NCBI GenBank assembly: GCA_964509125.1
Contig: CAZDVZ010000001.1
Coordinates: 7,070-71,069 of the forward strand
Direction: 5' to 3'
Source: an uncultured Oscillospiraceae bacterium
GTDB lineage: Bacteria; Bacillota; Clostridia; Oscillospirales; CAG-382
Length of the DNA stretch: 64,000 nucleotides
The first letter of the stretch is position 1, and the number at the start of each line of letters is the position of its first letter. Positions 1 to 9,845 of the stretch are shown here, piece by piece. Under the pieces are notes generated by a model. That model did no database searches and was not told the DNA's origin. It saw nothing but the letters and a program-made list of their open reading frames with translations. A program made the translations under genes and the position numbers.

Positions 1-1007
1 CAAGATGTAAGATCCACAACATCTCCAAGGTCCGCGCAAAGCGCAGGCTTTGCAAAACTTGCATCCGAAGACACCATAGGCGTATCTTCAATGGTAATTT
101 CAATGTAATCGATGCACAATTTTGTTCCTCTTGTTTGAAAGCCCATTGCCCCGGTTACGTATGGTGCGCTCGAATAGGAGAGGAGATCATAGCCGTTCAC
201 GTTTAATTCAACCTTCGTACCGTTCAATCTGATGTTAAAAAGGTTGTACGACGATCTGGACATATAGCCAAAAGATCCGTTTGAAAAAATTTGCCACGCA
301 TTTGAAGAATTGCGGTGAGCGATCTCGGTTCCGCTCGATGCTGCGGCGTTATATCTGAACGCACACTGCATATAGGGATAATTAACATTTTGCACCCTAT
401 ACATCAAAGCTCCCCACTTCGCATCATCGATTGCCGCTTCGTTTTTTACGTTAGCTTTTATGTTGACGTCCCCAAAATCGTCCAAATACTCCGGGAGCAA
501 AACGCGAATATAGCTATCCGCCGTATAATTCGCATTTAAAATATATGCACCGTTTTCGGTTGTAATTGAAGTTCCGCTTGTTTGTTCAATGACACGAAAA
601 TCCGTAGGCGCTTTATTAAAGTCATTTCTATAAAGCACATATTCATTTTCCGTAGAGTTTTTTGCAACCACGTACACTGTCTTCGATGTGTCTCCGAAGG
701 TTGCCGTAAGAGCGTAAACACCTTTGGCAGAAGGAGCGAACTGTGTAATTTCCTCGCCTTCGTAAGTCCATATTATATCACTTTTTATTGCAGAAGAAGT
801 CTCGGAAAATTGGACTCCGCATTTTGAAAGGTCAATAATCTGTCCCACATCACAGCATATGGCGGGCTTTGAATACTTTACGTTCATGAAAATTTCTTCG
901 CTCACCGTTGCGAAAACATCTATAGAGAAAACCACAGAAATCGTGGTAATCAAAATGGAAAAAACCAACGTCAAAGAAAGAAAGTGCCTCAAAAGCTTAT
1001 TTTTCAT
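1..1007 (-). CDS. secreted protein (C-terminus off-window): signal peptide, repeated Cys-containing module, LamG/DUF1080-like jelly-roll region
   Basis: Missing from the ORF track because it runs off the left edge. Hand translation from the ATG (complement of 1005-1007) gives MKNKLLRHFLSLTLVFSILITTISVVFS... and stays open to base 1. The N-terminus is hydrophobic. The module KPAICCDVGQIIDLSKCG recurs as KPALCADLGDVVDLTS. The fold call is by eye only. Confidence 0.55.
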   Translation of the reverse strand, partial: MKNKLLRHFLSLTLVFSILITTISVVFSIDVFATVSEEIFMNVKYSKPAICCDVGQIIDLSKCGVQFSETSSAIKSDIIWTYEGEEITQFAPSAKGVYALTATFGDTSKTVYVVAKNSTENEYVLYRNDFNKAPTDFRVIEQTSGTSITTENGAYILNANYTADSYIRVLLPEYLDDFGDVNIKANVKNEAAIDDAKWGALMYRVQNVNYPYMQCAFRYNAAASSGTEIAHRNSSNAWQIFSNGSFGYMSRSSYNLFNIRLNGTKVELNVNGYDLLSYSSAPYVTGAMGFQTRGTKLCIDYIEITIEDTPMVSSDASFAKPALCADLGDVVDLTS

Positions 1008-1160
1008 TTTTTAAACTGCATATATAACTACGCTTTCCTCCTGAATCCTTAATTATACATTTTTATTATATATTTTTATTCGCCAAAAGTCAATAGCTGA
1101 TGATTTTTTTTTACTTTTAAGTGACAAAAACCACAAAATAACGCAGTTAGTTTTTCCGCG

Positions 1161-1205
1161 AAACAATAAAGAGTCCGACGGTACGCATTGCGTGTCGTCG
1201 GACTC
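1161..1205 (-). terminator. rho-independent terminator after the 1234-2157 gene
   Basis: Perfect 10-bp stem GAGTCCGACG (1171-1180) / CGTCGGACTC (1196-1205). On the minus strand it is followed by TTTATTGTTT. Confidence 0.8.
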
Positions 1206-1233
1206 TTTATGCTTTTATTACTGTAAGTTTTTA

Positions 1234-2157
1234 TTAATTCGCGCTTTTGTTTTTGCCTTTACCCAATAAAACTACAACCACAATTACCACTACAACAACG
1301 GCAACCACGATACCTACAACGAGGGCGCCGCTTCCGGAACTTTCGTCCTCGGAAGAATCATCGGCGGAAGAATTAACGCTTTGCGATGCATTGGAAGACT
1401 CTTCCACTTCAGAAGTTACTGCAGAAGACTCTTTAGATACTTCAGTCGAATTTGTACTTTCGGAGGATTCTTCCGATGGTTCTTCCTCCGAAGGATCTTC
1501 AGGTATTTCCACATCGGGAATGGAGTTTCCATATCCCCAAATCTGAACTTCGCTGAGAGACAAACAATAGCCCGTGCTGATAAGAGTCATTCTAAGGACT
1601 TTTGCAGTTGCGGGAGTATCAAATTGGAATCTAAAATCATAAAATCCGTTTTCGGAACCATCTTCCGTATGGTTTTCCTTAACAATTTCGTAATCCTTTA
1701 CTCTTGTGAAATTTATGCCATCTAAAGAAAGCTCTATCATAGCAACTTCAGGAGCGAAGCCTCTGTTTCCCTTTCCATCAACGCCGTCGGCATAGCCGAA
1801 TGTAACGGAATCCCATACGTTGCCAAAAGTGATCTCATAAATATCATCATATGTTGCGCCCAAGTCAAACAATATTGTGTGACCTGCACCTGTCCCTGTG
1901 AGAACAACGCCAAGTCCGGGTTTCTCAACGGAATAATAAGGATTTACGCCATCATTAAGAATGGTATAATCATCATCGCCGTAATACAACGTACTGTCCG
2001 ATTCGGATCTCAAAAACGAAGGAGAGCCGCCCGAAGTTGATATGGCATACATCCCGTTTTCAGCGTAGTTTACAGGCTCGCCCTCTGCCGACACGCTAAA
2101 GGTAAAAGCAGAGATAAGTAATAATACTGTCATAAAAATTGAAGAGATTTTTTTCAT
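1234..2157 (-). CDS. surface protein: signal peptide, one F5/8 type C (discoidin)-like module, acidic Ser/Glu stalk, C-terminal TM anchor
   Basis: Start moved to MKKISSIFMTVLLLISAFTFSVSAEG (ATG at 2157), preceded by GGAGGAAAAAACC. The module ends ...AKVLRMTLISTGYCLSLSEVQIWGYG, a discoidin-type ending. The tail is SEEEPSEESSESTNS... followed by ALVVGIVVAVVVVVIVVVVLLGKGKNKSAN. Confidence 0.75.
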   Translation of the reverse strand: MKKISSIFMTVLLLISAFTFSVSAEGEPVNYAENGMYAISTSGGSPSFLRSESDSTLYYGDDDYTILNDGVNPYYSVEKPGLGVVLTGTGAGHTILFDLGATYDDIYEITFGNVWDSVTFGYADGVDGKGNRGFAPEVAMIELSLDGINFTRVKDYEIVKENHTEDGSENGFYDFRFQFDTPATAKVLRMTLISTGYCLSLSEVQIWGYGNSIPDVEIPEDPSEEEPSEESSESTNSTEVSKESSAVTSEVEESSNASQSVNSSADDSSEDESSGSGALVVGIVVAVVVVVIVVVVLLGKGKNKSAN

Positions 2158-2230
2158 GGTTTTTTCCTCCATAAATTTTATATTAACGCAAAAAGTGACT
2201 TTTTTCCCATCAATTGCGCTACAAAACATT

Positions 2231-2863
2231 TCAAAGTTTACTCATATAAGGGTTGAACTGTCTTTCATAAGACAATTGTGTAAAACTTCCATGGCCGGGA
2301 TACACTTTGTATTCTCCGGGATAACGCTTGAGTTTTTTGAGAGAACGTATCATATCCGCAGAGTTCCCCCCGTAAAAATCCGTTCTTCCAATCGCACCTC
2401 TGAAAAGAGTGTCCCCTGTAAAAATATTATCTCCAAATATATAGCAAACAGAGCCTTCCGTATGTCCCGGAGTGTGAAGGACGGTGAAATCGAAACCTTT
2501 AATTTCATATCGCCCTTCTTTTTCAAACAAAAAATCGGCAGGTGCAAAAGGCCTGGGGTCGTAGGGCAATATGGAAGTGAAAGAGTCCTGTTCCGTCAAA
2601 GAATGCGCATCCAGCTTATGAATGGCAACTGTAGTTCGCACCGTCCGCAAATCACCGACGGCAAGGATGTGGTCAAAATGGCCGTGAGTAAGAAGCACCA
2701 AAGCGGGATATGCATTCATTTCAAACAATACGCTCTTAACGACATTCAAATCGTCGCCGGGATCAATAACAACAGCGGGGCCACGTTCCGCCCCCTGCTT
2801 TCTAAAAATATAGCAGTTAGTTTCAAATCCTACTACAATATGTTTGAAAATATATCCCTTCAT
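2231..2863 (-). CDS. MBL-fold metallo-hydrolase (hydroxyacylglutathione hydrolase-like)
   Basis: Motifs LLTHGHFDHI and HTPGHTEGS. The start is ambiguous: ATG at 2863, or GTG at 2869 or 2878. Confidence 0.85.
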   Translation of the reverse strand: MKGYIFKHIVVGFETNCYIFRKQGAERGPAVVIDPGDDLNVVKSVLFEMNAYPALVLLTHGHFDHILAVGDLRTVRTTVAIHKLDAHSLTEQDSFTSILPYDPRPFAPADFLFEKEGRYEIKGFDFTVLHTPGHTEGSVCYIFGDNIFTGDTLFRGAIGRTDFYGGNSADMIRSLKKLKRYPGEYKVYPGHGSFTQLSYERQFNPYMSKL

Positions 2864-2968
2864 AAACACGACAAACACCTCAACAAAAAATAAATTCCCA
2901 CGCTCTCTGAATATTTTACACTTTTTGGGGACAAAATACTACTGAAACTGAAAGAGAGGTGTATACAA

Positions 2969-3142
2969 ATGAGTCCAAAAGAATTACAATACGTTGATGA
3001 CGCACTTTCCCACGAACAATTTTTGAAATGTCAGTGTGAAAACACAGCACAAAGATTAAACGATCCCGACCTTAAAAATTTCGTTACCCTCATGGCTTCC
3101 GAACATCAAGAAATCTTCGGAAAACTTTTCTCCACCCTTTAA
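2969..3142 (+). CDS. small CotF-family spore coat protein (57 aa)
   Basis: Below the track cutoff. Hand translation gives MSPKELQYVDDALSHEQFLKCQCENTAQRLNDPDLKNFVTLMASEHQEIFGKLFSTL. This fits the helical Coat-F-like pattern (DP.LK...HQE). It lies immediately upstream of a second CotF-like gene. Confidence 0.6.
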   Translation: MSPKELQYVDDALSHEQFLKCQCENTAQRLNDPDLKNFVTLMASEHQEIFGKLFSTL

Positions 3143-3154
3143 GGAGGTAATATC

Positions 3155-3397
3155 ATGGACGATAAAACTTTAATGGAAAACCTGCTTCTCACAACAAAAG
3201 GCGCTTGCGATCTTTACCTTCACGGATGCATAGAATCGTCTAACGAACCCGTTCACGGTGCATTTTCCGTTGCACTTGACAAAACGCTTAGAATGCAAAA
3301 AGACATTTATGCAAAAATGGAAGCTAACGGATGGTATCCAAAAGAAACCGCTGAAAAACAGCAGATCGACAAAACCTTACAAAAATTTCAAGGCTAA
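3155..3397 (+). CDS. CotF-family spore coat protein
   Basis: RBS AAGGAGG lies 8 nt upstream. The sequence LLTTKGACDLYLHGCIESSNEPVHGAF...MEANGWY matches the Coat F pattern (K...Y...E..N...R......M...GWY). Confidence 0.75.
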   Translation: MDDKTLMENLLLTTKGACDLYLHGCIESSNEPVHGAFSVALDKTLRMQKDIYAKMEANGWYPKETAEKQQIDKTLQKFQG

Positions 3398-3406
3398 AAA
3401 TTTCCC

Positions 3407-3422
3407 GCCGCAGCTTTGCGGC
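3407..3422. terminator. short GC hairpin between convergent genes
   Basis: GCCGCA-GCTT-TGCGGC, flanked by AAAAATTT on one side and an AT-rich run on the other. Only a 6-bp stem. Confidence 0.4.
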
Positions 3423-3432
3423 ATTACATACA

Positions 3433-3783
3433 TTATTTTCTGTAATACTTATAATATGCAAGAACTGTTCTAACGGTGTTTTTGTCAAGATCAAAGCCCG
3501 TTATTGTCGCACCTTCAAGGCTCATAAACTCCCACGCCTCCATCTCTATGACAATGGTACGAAAAACAACTTGACCTCCGCAAATTATAGCAAGCTCGTC
3601 GCCTGAAACGTGGATAAAACCTTCTCTGGCAATTATCTTTTCTTCGCCCTTCGAATCTCTCTCTATAAGATAACGAATATGCATTTCGTGCAACCTGTTT
3701 GCCATCCATCGCTTGAATTGCGGACTTTTCGTGTCCTTGGGCGGCTTATCCTTGCGAAACCCCAATTTATCTAAAAAAGACAT
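3433..3783 (-). CDS. hypothetical protein
   Basis: ORF-track protein. The ATG at 3783 (MSFLDKLGFRKDKPP...) is preferred over the upstream TTG. I recognise no motif. Confidence 0.5.
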   Translation of the reverse strand: MSFLDKLGFRKDKPPKDTKSPQFKRWMANRLHEMHIRYLIERDSKGEEKIIAREGFIHVSGDELAIICGGQVVFRTIVIEMEAWEFMSLEGATITGFDLDKNTVRTVLAYYKYYRK

Positions 3784-3925
3784 ACAAACCAACCATTTTC
3801 AATTAATATTTTCCATCCATAATTTACTTTTCATTAGAATTGTATCACAAAAAAACTTCCATGTCAACACCCTTTTTTGTTCAAAAGCACAAATATGTGC
3901 AAGTGCAAAAAGAGTTTTTTCATGT

Positions 3926-5290
3926 TTAATTTTCCACAAGGCGAATAACTTTTTCCGCGCCCAGAAGGACAGCTTCTTCTTCGTCATGAGTAACAAATAC
4001 AACCGTTTTATCGCAAATGTATTTTTTCACAGTCTTTATTACCGAAATCTTTGTTTCATCGTCAAGGCCTTTAAACGGTTCATCCATCACAAGAAGCTCA
4101 CTGTCCGAACACAACGCACGGCAGATCGCCACACGTCGCTTCATACCGCCCGAAAGCTGTGAAACCTTCTTGTGCAAACTGTCATTCAACCCCATTTCAC
4201 AAAGCATTCCCTCTATTTCCTCTCGGCCGACTTCGCTTCCCGTTACGGCAAAGATATTAGCGGCAGGAGTAAATCCTTCGCAAAGTCTATCCTCTTGAAA
4301 CACGGCGGAAAGCTTTTGATCGCCCCCGGAAATTTCCCCAAAGTCTTGTTTTTCCAATTTTAATAGCATATTCAAAAGAGTGGTTTTTCCACTTCCCGAA
4401 CGCCCCACGAGAGCAGTGACGCCCACATCAAATTTCCCCGAAAAGCCGTCAAGCACCGTTTGATCGCCATAACTTTTTTTAACGTCTGTCATCTCCACCG
4501 CCAATGGAGAGATTTTTTCTTTTTTTGCGCTTTTTTCAGGCAAAACAGTAATTTCAAAAAGGCGGAAAATTCCCTTTATGGCAAGCGAAAACAGTTTTTC
4601 CGTACCGATGCTTAAAAAGACTATCATTACGGTCCACGCCAAAAGAGTCTCTGTATCCAGATAAATTTTTGATTCATAAAGCGCCTCGCCTATGGAGCCG
4701 GTGGGAACGCCTATTATCTCTGCCGCAATACCCGATTTCCACGCAAGTCCCGATGCCACGGTACTTCCGGAAATAAGAAATGGTTTTACAGACGGAAGCC
4801 ACAAAAACTTAACGCGTCTGAAAAAAGGCATTTTAAACACTTTTGCCATTTGCGTCATTTTTTCGTCAATGCTCTTTATACCTTGCAAAACATTTGTGTA
4901 GATAATTGGCAGAACCATCAAAAACGAAATGAAAACAGAAAGCTTTTCAGTGCCAAACCAAAACAAACTCAAAACCACAAATGAAGCCACAGGAACCGAG
5001 CGTATGGCAGACATAAACGGCTTAAATAAAATTTCTGCGTTTTCCCACTTACCACCAATTACGGCAAGAAAAACCCCAAGGAAAAATCCGATCAGAAAAC
5101 CTTTTATTATCCGTCCAAAGCTAAAAAAAGTAACCGAAAGAAACCCTTTTTCCTTTACAAGAGATAAAAGACGTTTGCAAACATCTATGGGCGAGGCGAT
5201 AATTATAGTTTCGTTGATCTTCATTGCAACCGCCTGCCAAACGCCAAGTGCTATTACAATTGCAATAAAAAGCTTTATTTTCCTTTTCAT
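3926..5290 (-). CDS. fused ABC transporter permease-ATPase (NitT/TauT-type permease N-terminal, ATP-binding domain C-terminal)
   Basis: The N-terminal half is a multi-TM binding-protein-dependent permease (...AIRSVPVASFVVLSLFWFG...). The C-terminal half carries Walker A GRSGSGKTT, signature LSGGMKRR and Walker B LLVMDEPF. Confidence 0.85.
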   Translation of the reverse strand: MKRKIKLFIAIVIALGVWQAVAMKINETIIIASPIDVCKRLLSLVKEKGFLSVTFFSFGRIIKGFLIGFFLGVFLAVIGGKWENAEILFKPFMSAIRSVPVASFVVLSLFWFGTEKLSVFISFLMVLPIIYTNVLQGIKSIDEKMTQMAKVFKMPFFRRVKFLWLPSVKPFLISGSTVASGLAWKSGIAAEIIGVPTGSIGEALYESKIYLDTETLLAWTVMIVFLSIGTEKLFSLAIKGIFRLFEITVLPEKSAKKEKISPLAVEMTDVKKSYGDQTVLDGFSGKFDVGVTALVGRSGSGKTTLLNMLLKLEKQDFGEISGGDQKLSAVFQEDRLCEGFTPAANIFAVTGSEVGREEIEGMLCEMGLNDSLHKKVSQLSGGMKRRVAICRALCSDSELLVMDEPFKGLDDETKISVIKTVKKYICDKTVVFVTHDEEEAVLLGAEKVIRLVEN

Positions 5291-5323
5291 TATCTAAACC
5301 CTACCTGTCTTTTTTTTAGCTTG

Positions 5324-6454
5324 CTATATTTTCTGAAGTTTGGGATAAAATTCTTTTATTTTTTCGCAAAGAGTAAAAATCTCATCTTTGGTGTTGAAAT
5401 AAGAAAGCCCCACACGAATCGCAGATTCAGCGAGAGAATGAGTCAAGCCAAAAGAAGCGAGTACGGAATTTTCTTTAGCGTGAGTAGAACAAGCGGAAGA
5501 AGCCGAAACGCAAATCCCATCAGCGGAAAGAGCGTTGATAAAAGTTTCGCTTTTGATTCCGGGTATTGAAAAATTAAGAATGGAGCAAACGGAATTTTCG
5601 GGCGTATTTATAACAACTTTGTCTCCCATGGATTCTTTCAGTTTTTCCGCGAGAGATTGTTTTAAAGACGAAATGTAAGCGTTTCTCTCTTTTTTTTCGC
5701 CGTTCCAAAGCTTTGCAGCAGTGGCAAAAGCTAAAATTCCGGGTATGTTTTCCGTTCCCGAACGAAGTCCTTTTTCTTGTCCACCGCCATAAATAAAGGG
5801 ACTTATATGAACACCCTTTTTTAAGTACAAGGCGCCCACGCCCTTTATTCCGCCAATCTTATGAGCGGAAACAGAAGCGGCGTCGCAATATTTTGAAAAC
5901 AACGCGGGAACTTTCATAAAACTTTGTACGCAATCGGAATGAAAATACGCTCCACATCCACTTATATCAATCTCTTCTCTGATTTTTTTTATGTCATACA
6001 TTGCTCCTGTTTCATTGTTGACCTGCATTATGGAAACGAGTCCCGCTTTTTGAGAAAGCGCATCACGAAGCTGTGACATATCAATATTTCCGCCTTTTGT
6101 AGATAGACGAATAACCTCATATCCCATTTTCTCAAGCACAGAAACAGGCTGAGACACCGAAGGATGTTCGGAATCGGTAGTTATAACTCGCCTCGAATGC
6201 TTGGCGTTTTTAGCAGCAAGTCCAAAAATTGCGGTGTTATTGCTTTCGCTTCCGCCCGATGTGAAGTACACCTCTTGCACGTCGCACTTCATGGCGGAGG
6301 CAACATCCGCTCTCGCTCCTTTCAGTGCCAAAGAAGCCGACACGCCCGCAGCATGGGGAGATGATGGATTACCAAAATTTCTCATACCCAAAATCGCACA
6401 TTCAACCGCCTTTTCGTCGGGAATCATTGTAGATGAATTGTCCAAATATATCAT
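5324..6454 (-). CDS. cysteine desulfurase (class V aminotransferase, NifS/IscS-like)
   Basis: PLP-lysine context SAHKIGG, RSGTENIPG, and active-site loop SASSACS. Confidence 0.9.
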   Translation of the reverse strand: MIYLDNSSTMIPDEKAVECAILGMRNFGNPSSPHAAGVSASLALKGARADVASAMKCDVQEVYFTSGGSESNNTAIFGLAAKNAKHSRRVITTDSEHPSVSQPVSVLEKMGYEVIRLSTKGGNIDMSQLRDALSQKAGLVSIMQVNNETGAMYDIKKIREEIDISGCGAYFHSDCVQSFMKVPALFSKYCDAASVSAHKIGGIKGVGALYLKKGVHISPFIYGGGQEKGLRSGTENIPGILAFATAAKLWNGEKKERNAYISSLKQSLAEKLKESMGDKVVINTPENSVCSILNFSIPGIKSETFINALSADGICVSASSACSTHAKENSVLASFGLTHSLAESAIRVGLSYFNTKDEIFTLCEKIKEFYPKLQKI

Positions 6455-6484
6455 ATATTTTCTCTCTCCCTTTTTGTAACAACA

Positions 6485-6513
6485 ATTATACTACAAAAAT
6501 CAAAAAAAGTCAA
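6485..6513 (-). promoter_or_regulatory. sigma-A-type promoter for the desulfurase/ABC unit
   Basis: On the minus strand: TTGACT, 17 nt spacer, TATAAT. About 30 nt upstream of the 6454 start. Confidence 0.55.
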
Positions 6514-6567
6514 TTTTCACGCTACATTTTTATGTAAAATTCCAATAAGATTTTTTTAATTTTTCTA

Positions 6568-6596
6568 TTTACTTTTCCTCTAAAATGGTGTATAAT
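6568..6596 (+). promoter_or_regulatory. sigma-A-type promoter for rny
   Basis: TTTACT, 17 nt spacer, TATAAT, with TG upstream of the -10 (tggTGTATAAT). Confidence 0.5.
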
Positions 6597-6702
6597 GAAT
6601 TAGTTTGAAAAATTGGGCAAATATGTTTTCATTATTACACGTTTTCGGAAACGAAAATTCTTGTTCAAAAAATTCAGACAATTACATATATAGGAGGTAC
6701 AA

Positions 6703-8235
6703 ATGAGTATTGCCATTGGTGCAGTAGCTGGCTTAGTTTTAGGCTTTCTTGCCGGTTTTATATATCGCAAATCCATAGCCGAAAAAGCTATTGGAACAGC
6801 GGAAAAAGAAGCAGTCAGAATAGTTGAACAAGCCAAAAAAGACGGCGAATCTAAGAAAAAAGAATTGTTGATTGAAGCGAAAGAAGAGGCTTTAAAGATC
6901 AAAAACGAACACGAGCGTGAAAACAGAGAAGCGAGAGCCGAAATCAATAAATTGGAAAAAAGGGCAATTCAAAAAGAAGAATCTTTGGACAAAAAGCTTG
7001 ACGCTCTCCAGAAAAAAGAGGAGATCCTTTCAGAAAAGCTGAAAGCGAACGAGGCGGAAATCGAAAGGATAAACGAACTTAAAGAAAGACAGCTTGAGGA
7101 ACTTCAAAGAATTTCAGGCATGACAACAGAAGAAGCAAAAGAGCTTATTGTTTCCAAAGTTGAAGAAGAAGCAAAGATCTCTGCGGCAAAACGCCTGGTT
7201 GCCATTGAAGCGGATCTTAAAGAAACCGCAGATGAGCGCGCTCAAGAAATTATCGTTACAGCGATGCAGAGAATTGCTTCTGACAGCGTTGCCGAAAGAA
7301 CTGTTTCTGTTGTTGACCTTCCCAACGACGAAATGAAGGGCAGAATCATTGGCAGAGAAGGAAGAAACATCAGAACCATTGAAACGCTCGCAGGCGTTGA
7401 CCTAATTATCGATGACACATCCGACGCTATTACAATTTCCACGTTTGATCCAACCAGACGTGAAATTGCAAGAATTGCTCTGGAAAATCTCGTTGCAGAC
7501 GGAAGAATACACCCTTCCCGCATTGAAGAAATGATTGAAAAGAGCCGCAAAGAAGTTGAGAGCACCATTAAGAAGGAAGGCGAGCAAGCCACGTTTGAGA
7601 CAGGAGTTCACGGGGTTAATGCAGAGCTTATCAAGACTTTGGGTAAACTTAAATTCCGCACGAGCTATGGCCAAAACGTGCTTCGCCACTCTATAGAAGT
7701 AGCTCACCTTTCGGGAATGATCGCCAAAGAGCTTGGCGTGGATGCATACATTGCCAAACGTGCGGGGCTTCTCCACGATATCGGCAAGGCAACAAGCCAA
7801 GAAGCCGGTGGTTCTCACGTTCAAATTGGTGTTGAACTTGCCAAAAAATACAAGGAAAGTAAAGAAGTTGTACACGCAATTGAGGCACACCACGGAGATG
7901 TGGAAGCTAAAAGTGTTTACGCCATTATAGTCCAAGTTGCAGATGCCATTTCTGCCGCGAGACCCGGTGCGAGACGTGACAACTTGGAGAACTATATTCG
8001 CAGATTACAAAGACTTGAAGAAATCGCAACAGGCTTTGACGGAATTGAAAAAGCATTTGCAATCCAGGCGGGCAGAGAGATACGCGTTCTCGTAAACCCC
8101 GAAATGATCAGCGATGCAGATATGGTGCTTAAAGCGAGAGACATTGCATCAAAAATAGAAGAAGAGCTTGAATATCCCGGACAAGTTAAGATCAATATGA
8201 TAAGAGAAACGAGAGTTTTTGACTATGCCAAATAA
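6703..8235 (+). CDS. rny: ribonuclease Y
   Basis: N-terminal TM, Lys/Glu coiled coil, KH region ([12 protein letters not shown]) and HD domain (LLHDIGK...HH). RBS is ATAGGAGG. Confidence 0.95.
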   Translation: MSIAIGAVAGLVLGFLAGFIYRKSIAEKAIGTAEKEAVRIVEQAKKDGESKKKELLIEAKEEALKIKNEHERENREARAEINKLEKRAIQKEESLDKKLDALQKKEEILSEKLKANEAEIERINELKERQLEELQRISGMTTEEAKELIVSKVEEEAKISAAKRLVAIEADLKETADERAQEIIVTAMQRIASDSVAERTVSVVDLPNDEMKGRIIGREGRNIRTIETLAGVDLIIDDTSDAITISTFDPTRREIARIALENLVADGRIHPSRIEEMIEKSRKEVESTIKKEGEQATFETGVHGVNAELIKTLGKLKFRTSYGQNVLRHSIEVAHLSGMIAKELGVDAYIAKRAGLLHDIGKATSQEAGGSHVQIGVELAKKYKESKEVVHAIEAHHGDVEAKSVYAIIVQVADAISAARPGARRDNLENYIRRLQRLEEIATGFDGIEKAFAIQAGREIRVLVNPEMISDADMVLKARDIASKIEEELEYPGQVKINMIRETRVFDYAK

Positions 8236-9013
8236 TTCTTTGGTCGTTATGGCTTTGGGAGATGTCGCAGGGCAAAGTGCTTTAGATTATGTTTGTTCAA
8301 AGCTTAGAAAGTTAAAGCTTTTATATGGTGCAGACGTTGTAATTGTCAACGGCGAGAACGCCTCAAAAAGCGGAGGACTTGACGGCGAAGATGCAAAACG
8401 TCTTTTGTCCGCAGGTGCGGACGTTATCACAGGCGGGAATCATACTTTAAGGGGCAGGCGAATTGCCGATGCCATGGAAGAACATCCTGAAATATTACGC
8501 CCCTTGAACTTTCAAGACGCTTGTCCCGGAAAAGGGCACACTGTCATTGACGTTAAAAACGGCATAAAACTCCTTGTTTTGAATGTTGCCGGACAAATAT
8601 ATATGGACCCCGCAGATTCACCATTCACCTGCACAGACAGGATTTTGAACAACACAGATTACCATGTATGCATTGCCGACTTTCACGGCGAGGCAACAAG
8701 CGAAAAAGCCGCTTTTGCAAGATATTTTGACGGAAAGATCAATTTCATCTTTGGAACTCACACCCATGTTCAAACGGCGGACGAGACTTACCTTCCGTGC
8801 GGAAGTGGATTTATAACCGACATAGGAATGTGCGGGCCTGTTAATTCAATCTTGGGAACAGAGCCGCAGGTAGTGATAGATCGTATGGTGAAAAGAACCT
8901 TTTTGCCTTTTACCAAAGCAGATGGACCTATAAAGATATGTGGTGCATCAGTCACCATTAATTTAAACACAGGATATGTAACCGACATAAAACGGATTCA
9001 ATTCCAAGAATGA
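8225..9013 (+). CDS. ymdB: YmdB-family metallophosphoesterase (2',3'-cyclic-nucleotide phosphodiesterase-like)
   Basis: Motifs ALGDVAG, VNGENA, GNHT and [10 protein letters not shown]. It follows rny, the conserved pairing. The start is uncertain (8219, 8225 or 8240). Confidence 0.85.
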   Translation: MPNNSLVVMALGDVAGQSALDYVCSKLRKLKLLYGADVVIVNGENASKSGGLDGEDAKRLLSAGADVITGGNHTLRGRRIADAMEEHPEILRPLNFQDACPGKGHTVIDVKNGIKLLVLNVAGQIYMDPADSPFTCTDRILNNTDYHVCIADFHGEATSEKAAFARYFDGKINFIFGTHTHVQTADETYLPCGSGFITDIGMCGPVNSILGTEPQVVIDRMVKRTFLPFTKADGPIKICGASVTINLNTGYVTDIKRIQFQE

Positions 9014-9035
9014 TTTTCAACAGAGGTACTACAAC

Positions 9036-9497
9036 ATGAACAAAAAAATTAAAAGATGGCTTATCACCATAAGCTCTATAGTCGCACTTTCCGCAAGCGC
9101 AGTCACCGCCTTCGCCGAAGATGCCGCAACAGAAACAAGCAGCGGAACCGATTCCGGCGGCCAACTTGTCAGCATGCTTATCATGATTGCAGCATTTTTC
9201 GTTATGGGCTATTTCTTTATCATTCGTCCCGAAAAGAAACGAAAAAAAGAAGCCGATGTGTTAAGAGACAGCCTTAGACCCGGCAACAGGATCACAACTA
9301 TAGGCGGTATCGTAGGAACAGTTGAAAAGGTTACAGAAGAAGAAATTTTCCTTACTAACGGCCTTGTTCTTAAAAGGTGGGCACTACGCTCCATTGACGA
9401 AACCGCAGAAGATGGAAAATCCTCCGCTGTGATGTATTATGAAGAAGACGAAAACGCAGAAAAAGAAACCAATGGCGAAGAAGGCGAAAACAAATAG
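9036..9497 (+). CDS. yajC: preprotein translocase subunit YajC with an N-terminal signal-peptide-like extension and acidic C-tail
   Basis: The core FFIIRPEKKRKKE...ITTIGGIVGTVEKV is YajC. It is preceded by MNKKIKRWLITISSIVALSASAVTAFAEDAATETSSGTDSGG. Confidence 0.85.
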   Translation: MNKKIKRWLITISSIVALSASAVTAFAEDAATETSSGTDSGGQLVSMLIMIAAFFVMGYFFIIRPEKKRKKEADVLRDSLRPGNRITTIGGIVGTVEKVTEEEIFLTNGLVLKRWALRSIDETAEDGKSSAVMYYEEDENAEKETNGEEGENK

Positions 9498-9593
9498 ATT
9501 TTAACCCCTTTAACTTTTGCAACAATATGCAATTCAGGTGATGTGCGACACTCCCTGATATAAAAACAGGGACACAACAAAATATAAAATTGA

Positions 9594-9626
9594 CCTTGCA
9601 AAAGCAATTTTGCAGGGTCTTTTTTT
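9594..9626 (+). terminator. rho-independent terminator after yajC
   Basis: CCTTGCAAAA-GCAA-TTTTGCAGGG followed by a T run. Confidence 0.7.
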
Positions 9627-9812
9627 GCGTTCAAACCTTGCAAAATCATTACAAAACAAGAGATTTTCAAGCGAAACTACAAAAAATATGTATTTTCTGG
9701 ACTTTTGGCAAACGATATTCGACTTTGCCTTTTTGCCTGAAAATTTTGATGCGCAACACTGCCCCGACACATTAGGGTGATGCAAAAATCAATATCATTA
9801 AGTTTGGAAAAT

Positions 9813-9845
9813 AGCCAAGTTCAAAAAATGAGCTTGGCTTTTTTT
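9813..9845 (+). terminator. orphan terminator-like hairpin in an ORF-poor spacer
   Basis: AGCCAAGTT / AGCTTGGCT stem (9 bp including one G-U) followed by T6. No credible CDS lies upstream of it. Confidence 0.45.

Noticed and set aside
2156-2893. 245-aa plus-strand ORF.
   Set aside because: It is antisense to the MBL-fold hydrolase, which has clear HxHxDH-type motifs. It is a shadow ORF.
6600-7935. Several 115-177-aa minus-strand ORFs.
   Set aside because: They are antisense to rny and derive from its Lys/Glu-rich coiled-coil region.
9760-9790. T-box-like AGGGTG in cacattagggtgatgc.
   Set aside because: There is no specifier hairpin, no full T-box (AANNNGGGTGGTACCGCG) and no downstream aminoacyl-tRNA-related gene.
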